A program made the translations under genes and the position numbers. From assembly GCA_046297395.1 (NCBI GenBank), contig JBKCNM010000032.1:36312-100311 (forward strand): DNA of 64,000 bases, written 5' to 3'. Below, in pieces: positions 1 through 9,863 of this stretch. This stretch comes from Bacteroidota bacterium. GTDB lineage: Bacteria > Bacteroidota > Bacteroidia > UBA4408. Numbering within the stretch: position 1 is the stretch's first letter; every line of letters starts with the position of its first letter. The notes under the pieces were generated by a model that ran no database searches, had not been told where the DNA came from, and saw only the letters and a list, made by a program, of their open reading frames with translations.

Positions 1-207
1 TTTTACAATCCTCTGCAATGCCTCTTTAAGGATAGGTATATTTACATTGAGCTTTTTTAGTAAAAAAGGAGTAACATGCTCGTCAACCATCAAAATGGCT
101 GTTAGCAAATGTCCCGTGTCAACTGCCTGTGTTTCGTTTTGCGAAGCGAGCTGAACTGCCTGTTGAATGGCCTCTTGAGATTTGATGGTGTACTGATTGA
201 GGTTCAT
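1..207 (-). CDS. clpB: ATP-dependent chaperone ClpB, N-terminal fragment (gene continues beyond window start)
   Basis: Reverse-strand translation from ATG at 205-207 gives MNLNQYTIKSQEAIQQAVQLASQNETQAVDTGHLLTAILMVDEHVTPFLLKKLNVN..., the conserved ClpB/Clp N-domain start. Not in the ORF track because it is truncated by the window edge. Confidence 0.7.
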   Translation of the reverse strand, partial: MNLNQYTIKSQEAIQQAVQLASQNETQAVDTGHLLTAILMVDEHVTPFLLKKLNVNIPILKEALQRIVK

Positions 208-394
208 AGGTTTTTTTTGTACATGCACATCAAACCATGAACCGTAATTAAAAAACGGAAGAATTGACAATAAATAAAATAAAATACAGAAATAATGTCT
301 GTGAAAAACCTTAAATCACTGACAAAAAATCATGGTTACAACCTAAAAAGAAGGTATAAACACTTTATTTTGAAAAGAAACTTTTGTAGGATAA

Positions 395-1951
395 TCATTT
401 GATCCAGTTTTGTCTTGTAACCATAAGTGCTTCCTGCACTGTGATGCGGTTTCCTTTATTATATGCTGCAACAAAAGGGCCTGTTGGCAAAGAGGATTTT
501 TGATTTCTGAAAGTTTTGGCTGCTGCATACTCCGAAAATTGACCGATGGTATACTTGAACCATCCATCATGCATTTCCGGAGTGATTGTTTCAGTCACGG
601 TAAGTTCTTTTGCAATCTGTTCGGTAGGGGCATTTTTTCTGACAGCACAAATCTGCACGCGATACATGATACCCGACGAATGGATATTGTTTTGTGCAAT
701 CGCACCGGCTTCTGTACTATCTGCGCCAACACTACCAGGCTTAGATCCCTGCTTGGTTTCTGTGTTTTTTGGTTTGGTTTCTACAGCCATTCCTTTGGAA
801 TCTGAATTTGTCTGCGAATTACCGATGAGCGTATTTTGCTTGGCCTCGTTTTTTGATTTTTCTGAGGCTGATTGATTTTGCTGCACATCGTTTGAAGGTG
901 TGTTTCTTTTTTGTATGTTTAATGAAGGAGTATTCGCTAAAGATTTGTTGTCTGAACTTTTTTGAGCATCAGAAGGGCTCTCCGTTGCAGGTTTATTGCC
1001 TGCAGCAGCAGTCTCAACCGGCGCGGGTGGTTTTTTATATTTTTCAATATCTTCCGGATTTCCCAAACGAAATGCGATACCTCCTGTGCTGACAGGAAGA
1101 TTAATGGTTTGACCATCTTTCAGATAACTAAAGGTGCCTTCAATGTCAATGAAAGCTGCCTCTGATTCAATTTTAATGAGTTTGTATGAACAAAAGAATG
1201 ATTTGGTATTTGGCATTTCCGTCCAAATAATTCTTGCCCTTGAATTTACAAAAGAAAAGCTCGCTCCTTGAGAGTCGTAAACTTTTACAGCAAATCCTGT
1301 GGGAATGATATCCTCCATTCTGGCAAAACCTGTTGTTCCATCAGGGTTGTTAACCACAACCTTAATAAGTACTGATTTCTCCGTGAGATTCACAATTTCC
1401 CTCGTACAGTTCATTCCGGAGGAAGGCGATTCAGATTTCCCGAAATCTTTTTCAGCGACAGGAGGCGTGTCCGATGAACTTACTTTTTTTTCTTGGCTTG
1501 AAGAGGATTTGCCATAAAGAACTGAGGAAGATGGCAAATCATAGGTACGCTTATCATTGTTTTCGAGATAAGAAAACAAACCGGATAAATTAAACCTACC
1601 CGAGCTTCCCTCAGGATATACCAGTTTGTAAGTAATGGCAAAAGCATCTCTGTTTGGAAAATCCGTCCATGTGATTGACAGTGTACTATCTTTCAGAACA
1701 AAAATTCCTCCTTTGATATCCGAAGGAATTGCATTAAACCCGGCGGGTAACTTTTGTTCGAACTTAACAATCCCGGAAACTGTGCCTCTTTTTACGGAAA
1801 GTTCAACCAACAAAGTGTTGTTAACGCCGGAAGAGGGTTGTACCTTCTGGTCTACAACCAAAGTTGAGGACGGCAATAGAGCCATCCAAATAATACCAAG
1901 AAGTTGAAAAAAGGCTAAACAGAGCTGTATCATTTTTTTAAATACAGCCAA
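395..1951 (-). CDS. SPOR-domain protein with two internal repeated modules (secreted/periplasmic)
   Basis: N-terminal signal peptide. Two similar ~75-aa modules (…ITWTDFPNR…YKLVYPEG…FSYLENNDK… / …IIWTEMPNT…YKLIKIES…FSYLKDGQT…). Ser/Thr/Lys/Asn-rich linker. C-terminal SPOR-like peptidoglycan-binding domain (…YRVQICAVRK…GWFKYTIGQFSEYAAAKTF…). First codon is TTG; the alternative ATG start is at 1933. Confidence 0.65.
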   Translation of the reverse strand: MAVFKKMIQLCLAFFQLLGIIWMALLPSSTLVVDQKVQPSSGVNNTLLVELSVKRGTVSGIVKFEQKLPAGFNAIPSDIKGGIFVLKDSTLSITWTDFPNRDAFAITYKLVYPEGSSGRFNLSGLFSYLENNDKRTYDLPSSSVLYGKSSSSQEKKVSSSDTPPVAEKDFGKSESPSSGMNCTREIVNLTEKSVLIKVVVNNPDGTTGFARMEDIIPTGFAVKVYDSQGASFSFVNSRARIIWTEMPNTKSFFCSYKLIKIESEAAFIDIEGTFSYLKDGQTINLPVSTGGIAFRLGNPEDIEKYKKPPAPVETAAAGNKPATESPSDAQKSSDNKSLANTPSLNIQKRNTPSNDVQQNQSASEKSKNEAKQNTLIGNSQTNSDSKGMAVETKPKNTETKQGSKPGSVGADSTEAGAIAQNNIHSSGIMYRVQICAVRKNAPTEQIAKELTVTETITPEMHDGWFKYTIGQFSEYAAAKTFRNQKSSLPTGPFVAAYNKGNRITVQEALMVTRQNWIK

Positions 1952-2102
1952 AGATATCCTTGTTACTTCAGGCTAATCATGCTTTCACATCCTAGTTTTA
2001 AACAAACAATTGTTTATTGTCTGAGGGATGTAGTTTGACAAGGACCGCCTGAAGCAGACAAATCAATGCGCCCTTTTTGAGGGCAAATGAAGGAGATGGA
2101 TT

Positions 2103-2294
2103 TTACTGAGCCAATTTTACATTCACAGCATTCAGGCCTTTTTTGCCTTGCTGTACATCAAAGGTAACTTCATCATTTTCCTTGATGTTATCCACCAAAC
2201 CTGTTTGGTGAACGAAAACTTCTTCTCCGGATTCTTGAACGATGAATCCGTAGCCCTTTGAGTTGTTAAAGAATTTAACTTTCCCTTTTTTCAT
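2103..2294 (-). CDS. cspA: cold-shock protein (CspA family)
   Basis: 63 aa, KGKVKFFNNSKGYGFI…VFVH motif typical of cold-shock domain proteins. ATG start. Confidence 0.9.
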   Translation of the reverse strand: MKKGKVKFFNNSKGYGFIVQESGEEVFVHQTGLVDNIKENDEVTFDVQQGKKGLNAVNVKLAQ

Positions 2295-2404
2295 AAGTAT
2301 TGCATTTAATGTGGGATCATTCCCGTGAATCCGGAATGCTTGACAGAATTAAAATTGTGATTTATTTAAAAACAATTAAATCTTTCATGTATTCAAGATC
2401 GGGC

Positions 2405-2412
2405 CAAAGATA
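2405..2412 (-). promoter_or_regulatory. candidate Bacteroidota sigma-A -7 element (TAtcTTTG on minus strand) for the csp gene, giving ~105-nt 5' UTR
   Basis: Reverse complement of caaagata matches the TAnnTTTG -7 consensus. Long 5' UTRs are typical of cold-shock genes. Inference only. Confidence 0.3.
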
Positions 2413-2521
2413 TAAATTTATCTTTAGCAAGAATGAATTTAAAATTATGGGAATAATTATTCAAATTTGCCGAGGCCGAAATCAGGTCTTTCCTTGATAT
2501 AATCGCATATTCCCAGTCATT

Positions 2522-3247
2522 ATGAAGCTTCGCACCGAACATCTGTTTAAAAAATACAAGAGTCGCCTTGTGGTAAACGATGTATCTGTAGAGGTAAACC
2601 AAGGCGAAATCGTTGGATTATTGGGTCCTAATGGTGCCGGTAAAACCACCACTTTTTACATGACAGTAGGCCTGATAAGGCCAAATGCCGGGAAAATATT
2701 TCTGGATGATCGCGACATCACCAGTGAGCCCATGTATAAGCGGGCCAAGCTTGGAATTGCATACCTGCCGCAGGAAGCAAGCGTTTTCAGAAAGTTATCT
2801 ATAGAGGACAACATCAAGGCTATACTTGAAATGACCCATCTCAGCCAGAAGCAACAAACCGAAAAACTGGAAACATTATTAGATGAGTTTTCGCTGCAGC
2901 ATGTGCGCAAAAACCGGGGTGATTTGCTCAGCGGAGGAGAAAGAAGAAGAACAGAGATTGCCAGGGCATTGGCAGTAGATCCTGTCTTCATCCTGCTGGA
3001 TGAGCCTTTTGCCGGGGTTGACCCCATTGCTGTAGAAGATATTCAGGAGATTGTGGGAAAACTGAAAGAAAAAAATATTGGCATTTTAATTACCGACCAT
3101 AATGTGCATGAAACCCTAGGGATAACCAATCGTGCCTATTTGCTTTTCGAAGGAAAAATTCTCAAACATGGTACGCCCCGAGAACTTGCCGATGACGAGC
3201 TGGTAAGAAGGGTATATTTAGGACAAAACTTTGAACTCAGGGGATAA
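2522..3247 (+). CDS. lptB: LPS export ABC transporter ATP-binding protein LptB
   Basis: Walker [13 protein letters not shown] signature LSGGERRR, Walker B ILLDEP. LptB-type length (241 aa) and N-terminus. Confidence 0.85.
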   Translation: MKLRTEHLFKKYKSRLVVNDVSVEVNQGEIVGLLGPNGAGKTTTFYMTVGLIRPNAGKIFLDDRDITSEPMYKRAKLGIAYLPQEASVFRKLSIEDNIKAILEMTHLSQKQQTEKLETLLDEFSLQHVRKNRGDLLSGGERRRTEIARALAVDPVFILLDEPFAGVDPIAVEDIQEIVGKLKEKNIGILITDHNVHETLGITNRAYLLFEGKILKHGTPRELADDELVRRVYLGQNFELRG

Positions 3248-3250
3248 TCC

Positions 3251-4174
3251 TCAGCGAAGCCTGCTTCTTCTGATCAGGTATTCCGAAAGTACAGGTTCAA
3301 AACCCCTGGCAACATCCACTTCCACAAGGTCTATTCTATATTGGGCACACCTGTTCCGGATGCTATCCATAAAGGCCTCCATACGGGACACATAACTTGC
3401 CCTTACCTCGGTAGGATTGAGTTGCATTTTTTCTCCGGACTCCAGATCCACAAACTTGTATGGCCTGTTCTCAAAAGCAAATGCACGCTCGGTATGCCGG
3501 TCGGCTACATGAAAAAGTATGACCTCATGCCGGTTATGCCTCAGGTGCTGAAGAGCTGAAAAAACTGACTCAAACTCGCCGCCTGTTTCGAGCATATCTG
3601 TGAACATGATTACCAGAGAGCGTTTGTGTATGGTTTCAGCCAGGCGATGCAGGGCATCATGTATATGGCTTTGTCCCTGCTGGGGGGTATTGAATTGTAG
3701 GGTAAACGGTTCGAGGTAACTGTAAATCAACTGTTGATGAATCATGCTCGAACGGGCAGGGGTTTCAATCTTAGTATCACCAGAAAAAATGGTTAATCCG
3801 AAGGCATCTCTCTGCGCCCTGAACAATTGGACAAGAGCTGCCATAGCCTTTACAGAGAAAGACAACTTGTTTTCGTCCTGCCAGAAATCACGAATAGCCG
3901 GATAATACATTGAAGGAGATACATCCAAGACAAGCCTGCAACGGAGATTGGTTTCCTCTTCAAACTGCTTTACAAACAATTTTTCTGTGCGGCCGTATAG
4001 CTTCCAATCTATATGCCGGGTTGGCTCTCCTGTATTGTAAAGGCGATGCTCAGCAAATTCAACTGAGAAACCATGGAAAGGACTTTTATGCAAGCCTGTG
4101 ATGAAACCCTCTACCACCTGCCTGGCGAGCCACTCCAACCTGGAGAACCGGTTTACTTCCTGTTTGTAAAGCAT
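3251..4174 (-). CDS. DUF58 domain protein (vWA-like, MoxR-associated family)
   Basis: MLYKQEVNRFSRLEWLARQVVEGFITGLHKSPFHGFSVEF is the hallmark DUF58 N-terminus. The ORF-track start at 4204 is a GTG extension; ATG at 4174 fits family N-termini. Confidence 0.8.
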   Translation of the reverse strand: MLYKQEVNRFSRLEWLARQVVEGFITGLHKSPFHGFSVEFAEHRLYNTGEPTRHIDWKLYGRTEKLFVKQFEEETNLRCRLVLDVSPSMYYPAIRDFWQDENKLSFSVKAMAALVQLFRAQRDAFGLTIFSGDTKIETPARSSMIHQQLIYSYLEPFTLQFNTPQQGQSHIHDALHRLAETIHKRSLVIMFTDMLETGGEFESVFSALQHLRHNRHEVILFHVADRHTERAFAFENRPYKFVDLESGEKMQLNPTEVRASYVSRMEAFMDSIRNRCAQYRIDLVEVDVARGFEPVLSEYLIRRSRLR

Positions 4175-4205
4175 TTTTGGATGCGTAAAAGTAATACATG
4201 ACACG

Positions 4206-4245
4206 AAAAAAACAGGGACCGGCTGTTGAGCCGATCCCTGTAACT
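4206..4245 (-). terminator. putative rho-independent terminator downstream of trxA
   Basis: Imperfect hairpin ACAGGGAcCGGC…GCCGaTCCCTGT followed by a U-run on the minus strand (A-run gaaaaaaa on the plus strand). Confidence 0.4.
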
Positions 4246-4287
4246 AATCAACTAATGGACTTCATCACGCGAAATCCATTACCCGAT

Positions 4288-4608
4288 TCAAACAATTTGT
4301 GCTTCAAGTTTTTGGGCAAGCACGGATTTGGGTACTGCACCCACCTGCTTGTCAACAACCTGTCCGCCTTTAAATATGAGTAGCGTAGGAATGTTTCTGA
4401 TACCAAATCGCGCAGAAATTCCGGAATTTGCATCCACATCAACTTTGCCTACAACTGCTTTTCCTGCGTAATCATTAGCCAATTCATCAACAATCGGTCC
4501 AACCATGCGGCATGGTCCACACCATTCTGCCCAAAAATCAACCAATACAGGTTTGTCTGAATGAATGACCAATTCATCAAAATTGGAGTCTGTTAGTTCG
4601 AGTGCCAT
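4288..4608 (-). CDS. trxA: thioredoxin
   Basis: WCGPC active site. N-terminus MALELTDSNFDELV typical of TrxA. ATG at 4608 preferred over the upstream extension. Confidence 0.9.
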   Translation of the reverse strand: MALELTDSNFDELVIHSDKPVLVDFWAEWCGPCRMVGPIVDELANDYAGKAVVGKVDVDANSGISARFGIRNIPTLLIFKGGQVVDKQVGAVPKSVLAQKLEAQIV

Positions 4609-4723
4609 AGCTTCTTGTTTCGGGCTCAAAAGTAGAAAGGGGGGTACATTTTCACAAATGAATTCTGCTAACTAACCTTTAAGACTTTGGTTTATTGTCC
4701 TTTACGTATTTTTAGCCCTCTCA

Positions 4724-6124
4724 ATGCCAGAAAATATGATACAAAATATTGATAATGTGATAATTACAGACATTACCGAAGAGGGGAAAGGCCTTGGGCG
4801 TCATGAAGATAAGGTGGTTTTTGTGACGGGCGCTTTGCCGGGTGACCGGGTAAATGTGAGGGTCAGAAAGCACAAAAAAAATTTCATTGAAGCTGATATT
4901 CAATCATTTGAATCTAAGTCAACAGATCGCATCAATCCCAGGTGCAAGCATCTTCCCTTGTGCGGGGGGTGTAAATGGCAAGATTGGGATTATCCTGCCC
5001 AACTGAGGCACAAAGAAAAGTATGCCCGGGAACAACTGAAAAGAATAGGAAAGATTACTGAGGTGGAATATCTGCCCATCAAGGGTGCCAAAGAGATTTT
5101 TGCATACCGCAACAAACTGGAGTTTTCCTTTACCTCCAACAGGTGGTTGTTTGCAGAAGAGATGGGTGATACCCCGATGGAGAAAAACGCACTTGGGTTT
5201 CATGTTCCGGGAAGATTTGACAAAATTTTTGGTGTAGAGGAATGTCATCTCATGGCTCCCATTCACAACCGCATCCGCAACAAAGTATATGAAATTGGCA
5301 TCAGCATGGGCCTTGGATTCCACAACCCAAAAACAAAAGAAGGTTATTTGAGAAACCTGATTCTTCGTAACAGCAGAAGCGGTCAATGGATGCTTACGCT
5401 GGTGGTGGGACACGAAGATCGGAAAAGTGCAGAGGACTTGCTGCAAAAGATCAAGGATTGCTTTCCGGAAATCAGCAGTATATACTATATCATCAACACA
5501 AAAAAGAACGACTCGGTTACAGATTTACCTTGCATTCACTTCTCCGGCGCTCATTATATTGAGGAAAAATTGGGTAAGCTCACTTTCCGTATCAGCCCCA
5601 ACTCCTTCTTTCAAACCAATCCTTCACAGGCTGAAATTCTTTACGAACTGGTGGAGCGCATGCTCGAACCGGATGGAAACCAGGTACTGTATGACCTCTA
5701 TTCGGGAACAGGCAGCATTGGCTTATACCTGGCAGGGGGTGTCAAGAAAATTGTTGGTATTGAGTATGTACAGCAGGCTGTAGACGATGCCTATGCAAAC
5801 GCAGCACTTAATGGAATTCGGCATGCCTCCTTTTTTGCAGGCGACCTGAAATCATTGCTCTCCCCTTCACTTTTTGAGCAGTTTGGGAAACCGGATGTAA
5901 TTGTTACCGATCCGCCCAGGTCGGGTATGCACCCTGAAGTGGTTCAGCAGATTATTCAATCGGAAGCAAAAACTTTGGTGTATGTTAGTTGTAATGTAGC
6001 CACGCAGGCAAGAGACATCGCTTTGCTGATGCCTTATTATATTCCAGTGTTGTCAGGCGCAGTTGATATGTTCCCACATACTGGACATATGGAAAATGTT
6101 GTTAAACTCATCCGCAGAAATTAG
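4724..6124 (+). CDS. rlmD: 23S rRNA (uracil-5-)-methyltransferase RlmD/RumA (TRAM + SAM methyltransferase)
   Basis: N-terminal TRAM domain, Fe-S cysteines (CKHLPLCGGCKWQ), C-terminal class I methyltransferase motifs (DLYSGTGSIG, DPPR). Confidence 0.85.
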   Translation: MPENMIQNIDNVIITDITEEGKGLGRHEDKVVFVTGALPGDRVNVRVRKHKKNFIEADIQSFESKSTDRINPRCKHLPLCGGCKWQDWDYPAQLRHKEKYAREQLKRIGKITEVEYLPIKGAKEIFAYRNKLEFSFTSNRWLFAEEMGDTPMEKNALGFHVPGRFDKIFGVEECHLMAPIHNRIRNKVYEIGISMGLGFHNPKTKEGYLRNLILRNSRSGQWMLTLVVGHEDRKSAEDLLQKIKDCFPEISSIYYIINTKKNDSVTDLPCIHFSGAHYIEEKLGKLTFRISPNSFFQTNPSQAEILYELVERMLEPDGNQVLYDLYSGTGSIGLYLAGGVKKIVGIEYVQQAVDDAYANAALNGIRHASFFAGDLKSLLSPSLFEQFGKPDVIVTDPPRSGMHPEVVQQIIQSEAKTLVYVSCNVATQARDIALLMPYYIPVLSGAVDMFPHTGHMENVVKLIRRN

Positions 6125-6160
6125 TAAATGGCTTGTCATGATTACCTTTGGCAACAGGGG

Positions 6161-7660
6161 ATGAAAAGCAAGTTGGTTTTATTTTTATTCATGTTTTTTG
6201 CATTTGGTTTTACCAATGCAAAAGAAGAATATACCATTTCATTTAATACCAACTGCAGGGCTGCCTATGAAAACTTCATGGCGATGCGCTTCAAGGATGG
6301 AGAAAAATACCTGGAGCAGGAGAGAAAAGCGAATCCCAAAAATGCAGTTATATACTTCATTGAAAACATCCCTGATGTCATTAAATGTTTCATAACAGAA
6401 GAGGATGCAGTTTTTGAATCGCTCAAAAAAAACAGGGAAAGACGCATCAATATCCTTGAAAAAACCGACGAGAATTCACCTTACCATCACCTGATGCTGG
6501 CAGAGTCTCACCTATTTTGGGCAATTGCCAGAATTAAATACGGAGAGTATATTACCGCGGCCCTGGAAATAAACAAGGCTTATCGCCTGCTTAGCGAGAA
6601 CAAAAAAAAGCATCCGGGATTTAAGCTCAATGACAAAAGCCTCGGGCTTCTGCATTTTTTAATTGGTACAATGCCTGATTCCTATAAATACATCACCAAC
6701 ATTTTAGGTATCAGAGGAACTGTAAATCAGGGACTGAATGAACTCCGGGGATTTTACCGTTTGACAATCAACAACAAGGAATTTGAAATATACCAAACCG
6801 AAGCCATACTCTATCTGGGAATGGTGCTCATCAACTATACTCCCTATGAACAAGAGGCACTGAATCTAATGTTGGAGATTGACAAAATTCGACAACCTAA
6901 TCCGCTTCTTTTGTACATCTATGCTTCTATTGGATTAAAATCCGGCAAGTCTGATCAGGTAATTAATCTCTTTCAAAATCACATGCCGGGTCCTGAATAC
7001 TATGTGTTTCCCTATCTCTATCTTCAATACGGAGAGGCCAAACTTAACCGACTTGATGAAGATGCATGGATTTGGATATATAAGTTCTTACATCATTTCC
7101 ATGGTAAAAATTATATTAAAGCTGCCAATCAAAGACTCTTTTGGTATCATCTTTTAAATGCGAATGAGGAAAAAGCAAACTTTTATTTCAAAGAAATTGA
7201 CCTTCGTGGGGAAGTGATTGTAGATGAGGACAAGCAGGCACAACGCAATTTCAAAAACAACCATAAGCCCTTGCCGGGTTTGCTGAAGGCTCGTATGCTA
7301 TACGATGGGGGCTATTACAAACGCGCCTTTGCAGCACTCACTTCTATGGACCCCAAAGAGTTTACCTTGTTGCATCACCAATTGGAATATTTATACCGAC
7401 TTGCCCGCGTGCAACAAAAAATAGGACAGGAAAATCTGGCCATCATCAATTATGAGAAAGCTTTAAAACTCGGTGAAGGTCATCCTTACTATTTTTCTTC
7501 ATCTTCTGCCTTGCAATTGGGATTGATAAGCGAAGCAAAAGGAGACAAGGACGCAGCAAAAAAATATTTTCAAAAAGTACTTTCTTCCGACACACATGAT
7601 TTTAAGAACAGCATCGATCAAAAAGCCAAAGCCGGGCTTAGCCGCTTGAATGAAAATTAA
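6161..7660 (+). CDS. TPR-repeat protein, secreted (hypothetical)
   Basis: Signal peptide MKSKLVLFLFMFFAFGFTNA. TPR-like repeats near the C-terminus (YEKALKLGEGHPYY…AKKYFQKVL). No recognisable catalytic motifs. Confidence 0.55.
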   Translation: MKSKLVLFLFMFFAFGFTNAKEEYTISFNTNCRAAYENFMAMRFKDGEKYLEQERKANPKNAVIYFIENIPDVIKCFITEEDAVFESLKKNRERRINILEKTDENSPYHHLMLAESHLFWAIARIKYGEYITAALEINKAYRLLSENKKKHPGFKLNDKSLGLLHFLIGTMPDSYKYITNILGIRGTVNQGLNELRGFYRLTINNKEFEIYQTEAILYLGMVLINYTPYEQEALNLMLEIDKIRQPNPLLLYIYASIGLKSGKSDQVINLFQNHMPGPEYYVFPYLYLQYGEAKLNRLDEDAWIWIYKFLHHFHGKNYIKAANQRLFWYHLLNANEEKANFYFKEIDLRGEVIVDEDKQAQRNFKNNHKPLPGLLKARMLYDGGYYKRAFAALTSMDPKEFTLLHHQLEYLYRLARVQQKIGQENLAIINYEKALKLGEGHPYYFSSSSALQLGLISEAKGDKDAAKKYFQKVLSSDTHDFKNSIDQKAKAGLSRLNEN

Positions 7661-7663
7661 AAT

Positions 7664-8278
7664 TCATTGGAGTGTTTTAATCAATGTGATTAAGCCAAGA
7701 ATGGAAATTAAAATACCGGCAAACTTTGAGATTTTGGCAATTGCTGCAGACTTCAGGTGTTTTCTGATATACCCGGCCAGGTAGATTTTTAAAATATCGA
7801 ATCCAAAAACCACCGAGATGGTAGCTGAAAAATGCAACAATGTGTGAATAGGATTTCCGGCGAAATCGGAGATGGTAAGTCCTACCGCTCCAACCCAGAA
7901 AAAAATCACAGACGGATTGGTCAAATTGAATACAAACCCTTTTACCAACAATGAAATTCCTTTCTCTCTGAATTCAGCAGGGGTCTCCCCTGTTTTCCTC
8001 ATCGAGCCATAGAAGATGATTCCGCCGTAAAAAATGAGCAGACCGCTTCCGATAATGGTTGCCAGATATCGGTTTTCCGGAGAGTTTAAAATTCCTACCA
8101 AGCCGAAATAAGACAAAAAAATGCAAGAAATATCAGAGAGAATGATTCCTGTTTCAAGCATCATTGCACTTCTCACACCTTGACTGATGGCTGTTTTAAT
8201 CAGCAAAAAAAATACCGGACCGATGAGCACACTCAACAATGCACCCATCAGTGCGCCTTGGAGGATGGCATGCATCAT
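7664..8278 (-). CDS. LysE/RhtB family amino-acid exporter
   Basis: 204 aa, ~6 TM helices, typical LysE-type N-terminus. Start overlaps the upstream GH3 stop (ATGA). Confidence 0.7.
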   Translation of the reverse strand: MMHAILQGALMGALLSVLIGPVFFLLIKTAISQGVRSAMMLETGIILSDISCIFLSYFGLVGILNSPENRYLATIIGSGLLIFYGGIIFYGSMRKTGETPAEFREKGISLLVKGFVFNLTNPSVIFFWVGAVGLTISDFAGNPIHTLLHFSATISVVFGFDILKIYLAGYIRKHLKSAAIAKISKFAGILISILGLITLIKTLQ

Positions 8279-9822
8279 CCTTGTTTCTGTAATTGTCTCT
8301 CAACAAATAATTCCCATTCGGCAAAGGCCTCTCCTTTAAGTACACGCGGAAATTTATTCTGTCCTCCTTCCTTGCCTTTTGACTTCAACCAATCCAGAAA
8401 AATATGTGCAGGAATAACTTTTACCCGTATGTCCTTCAATGCTGCTTTTCTCTCTACAGCATAATCATCATTGATTTTACACAGATGCTCGTCAATGATT
8501 TTTGAGGCATCATCATCAGAGAGCTTTCCGTTTTCAATGCCGATATACCACTTGTGGGCAAACAGATTTTCATGATGTATACCCGAAACAACATACTCCG
8601 GAATGCTGGAGTCTGTTATTGAAGACAAGTGTGCAATAGCAGCATTCATATTTTCTACGGACAGATGCTCACCTACAAGACTCAAAAAATGTTTTGTTCT
8701 GCCGGTAATTACAATTTCAAAATGTTCTATAGAAGTAAACTTAATGGTATCGCCGATTAGATATCTCCATGCTCCGCTATTGGTGGAGAGCAAGATTGCA
8801 TATTCCTTTCCTTCCTCAACCTCATTGAGGGCGAGTGCCCTGGCGTTTGGAAGAATCTTTCCATCTGAATCAAAATGCTGATCATTAAATGGAACAAACT
8901 CGTAATAGATTCCATTGTTTAACACCAGTTGCATTCCTTTGGCTGAGGGACGGCTGGTATAGGCCACAAACCCCTCGGATGCGAGGTAATTTTCAATGTA
9001 TAGCAAGGGCCTGGCCAACAATCCTTCAAAGCCTTTTTTGTAAGGAGTAAAAGACACCCCACCATGGACAAAAATGTGGAGGTTTGGCCAGATATCATGA
9101 ATGGATTTGAGTTTGTACCTCTCGATGATTTTTTCAAAAATAATTTGAATCCATGCGGGTACGCCCACCACGATTCCAATGTCCCAGCCCGGAGCAGAAT
9201 CCACAATCATTTCAATTTTTGTATTCCAGTCACGCTCCTTGGCAATGCTGTTACCCGGTTTGTAAAAATACTGGAACCATGATGGAATCTTACTTGCGGT
9301 AATGCCGCTCAAATCTCCCTGATAGTAATCACCCATATGAACCAGGTGTGTACTTCCACCAACCATTAAAAATCCGCGGTTCAAGAGTTTGTCAGGCAGT
9401 TCATATTTGGAGAGTGTAAGAATCTGTCGGATGCTTGCTCTCTTGATTGAACGAATCATTTCTGAAGTAAGTGGGATGTGCTTGCTGGCTGCATCAGATG
9501 TTCCGCTGCTCAGGGCAAAATATTTTACCTTCCCCGGCCAGCAGATGTCCTCTTCACTCTGCAAACATCTGTGCCACCATTTGCTGTACATGCTGTTATA
9601 GTCATGTATTGGCACTTTGTTTTGAAACTCCTGCAAGGGGTTTCTGGCGAAAAATATATCATCAAATTGATGGTGTCTGCCAAATGCAGTGTTTCTGGAT
9701 TTTCTGAGAAGCTTCAGCAGTTGGTTCTTCTGAACCCTCTGACCACTCCGAAGAATCCGGATTTCCGGTATCGATCTTTTGATTCCGACAACGCCGGACA
9801 ATATGGTTCCTACCAATGCCAT
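8275..9822 (-). CDS. GH3 family (auxin-responsive-promoter-like) acyl acid amido synthetase homologue
   Basis: Strong similarity pattern to bacterial GH3 family proteins (…YFALSSGTSD…, …GGVSFTPYK…, C-terminal domain). ATG at 9822 chosen; the ORF-track 5' extension would overlap the upstream gene. Confidence 0.75.
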   Translation of the reverse strand: MALVGTILSGVVGIKRSIPEIRILRSGQRVQKNQLLKLLRKSRNTAFGRHHQFDDIFFARNPLQEFQNKVPIHDYNSMYSKWWHRCLQSEEDICWPGKVKYFALSSGTSDAASKHIPLTSEMIRSIKRASIRQILTLSKYELPDKLLNRGFLMVGGSTHLVHMGDYYQGDLSGITASKIPSWFQYFYKPGNSIAKERDWNTKIEMIVDSAPGWDIGIVVGVPAWIQIIFEKIIERYKLKSIHDIWPNLHIFVHGGVSFTPYKKGFEGLLARPLLYIENYLASEGFVAYTSRPSAKGMQLVLNNGIYYEFVPFNDQHFDSDGKILPNARALALNEVEEGKEYAILLSTNSGAWRYLIGDTIKFTSIEHFEIVITGRTKHFLSLVGEHLSVENMNAAIAHLSSITDSSIPEYVVSGIHHENLFAHKWYIGIENGKLSDDDASKIIDEHLCKINDDYAVERKAALKDIRVKVIPAHIFLDWLKSKGKEGGQNKFPRVLKGEAFAEWELFVERQLQKQG

Positions 9823-9863
9823 CAGGTCAATCTTGTAAAATGCAAATATAAGAGGAAAGCTAT

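Noticed and set aside
410-1165. Plus-strand ORFs (131, 109, 79, 67 aa) overlapping the SPOR gene
   Set aside because: Antisense to a well-supported CDS. Cys/Phe-rich low-complexity translations typical of shadow ORFs.
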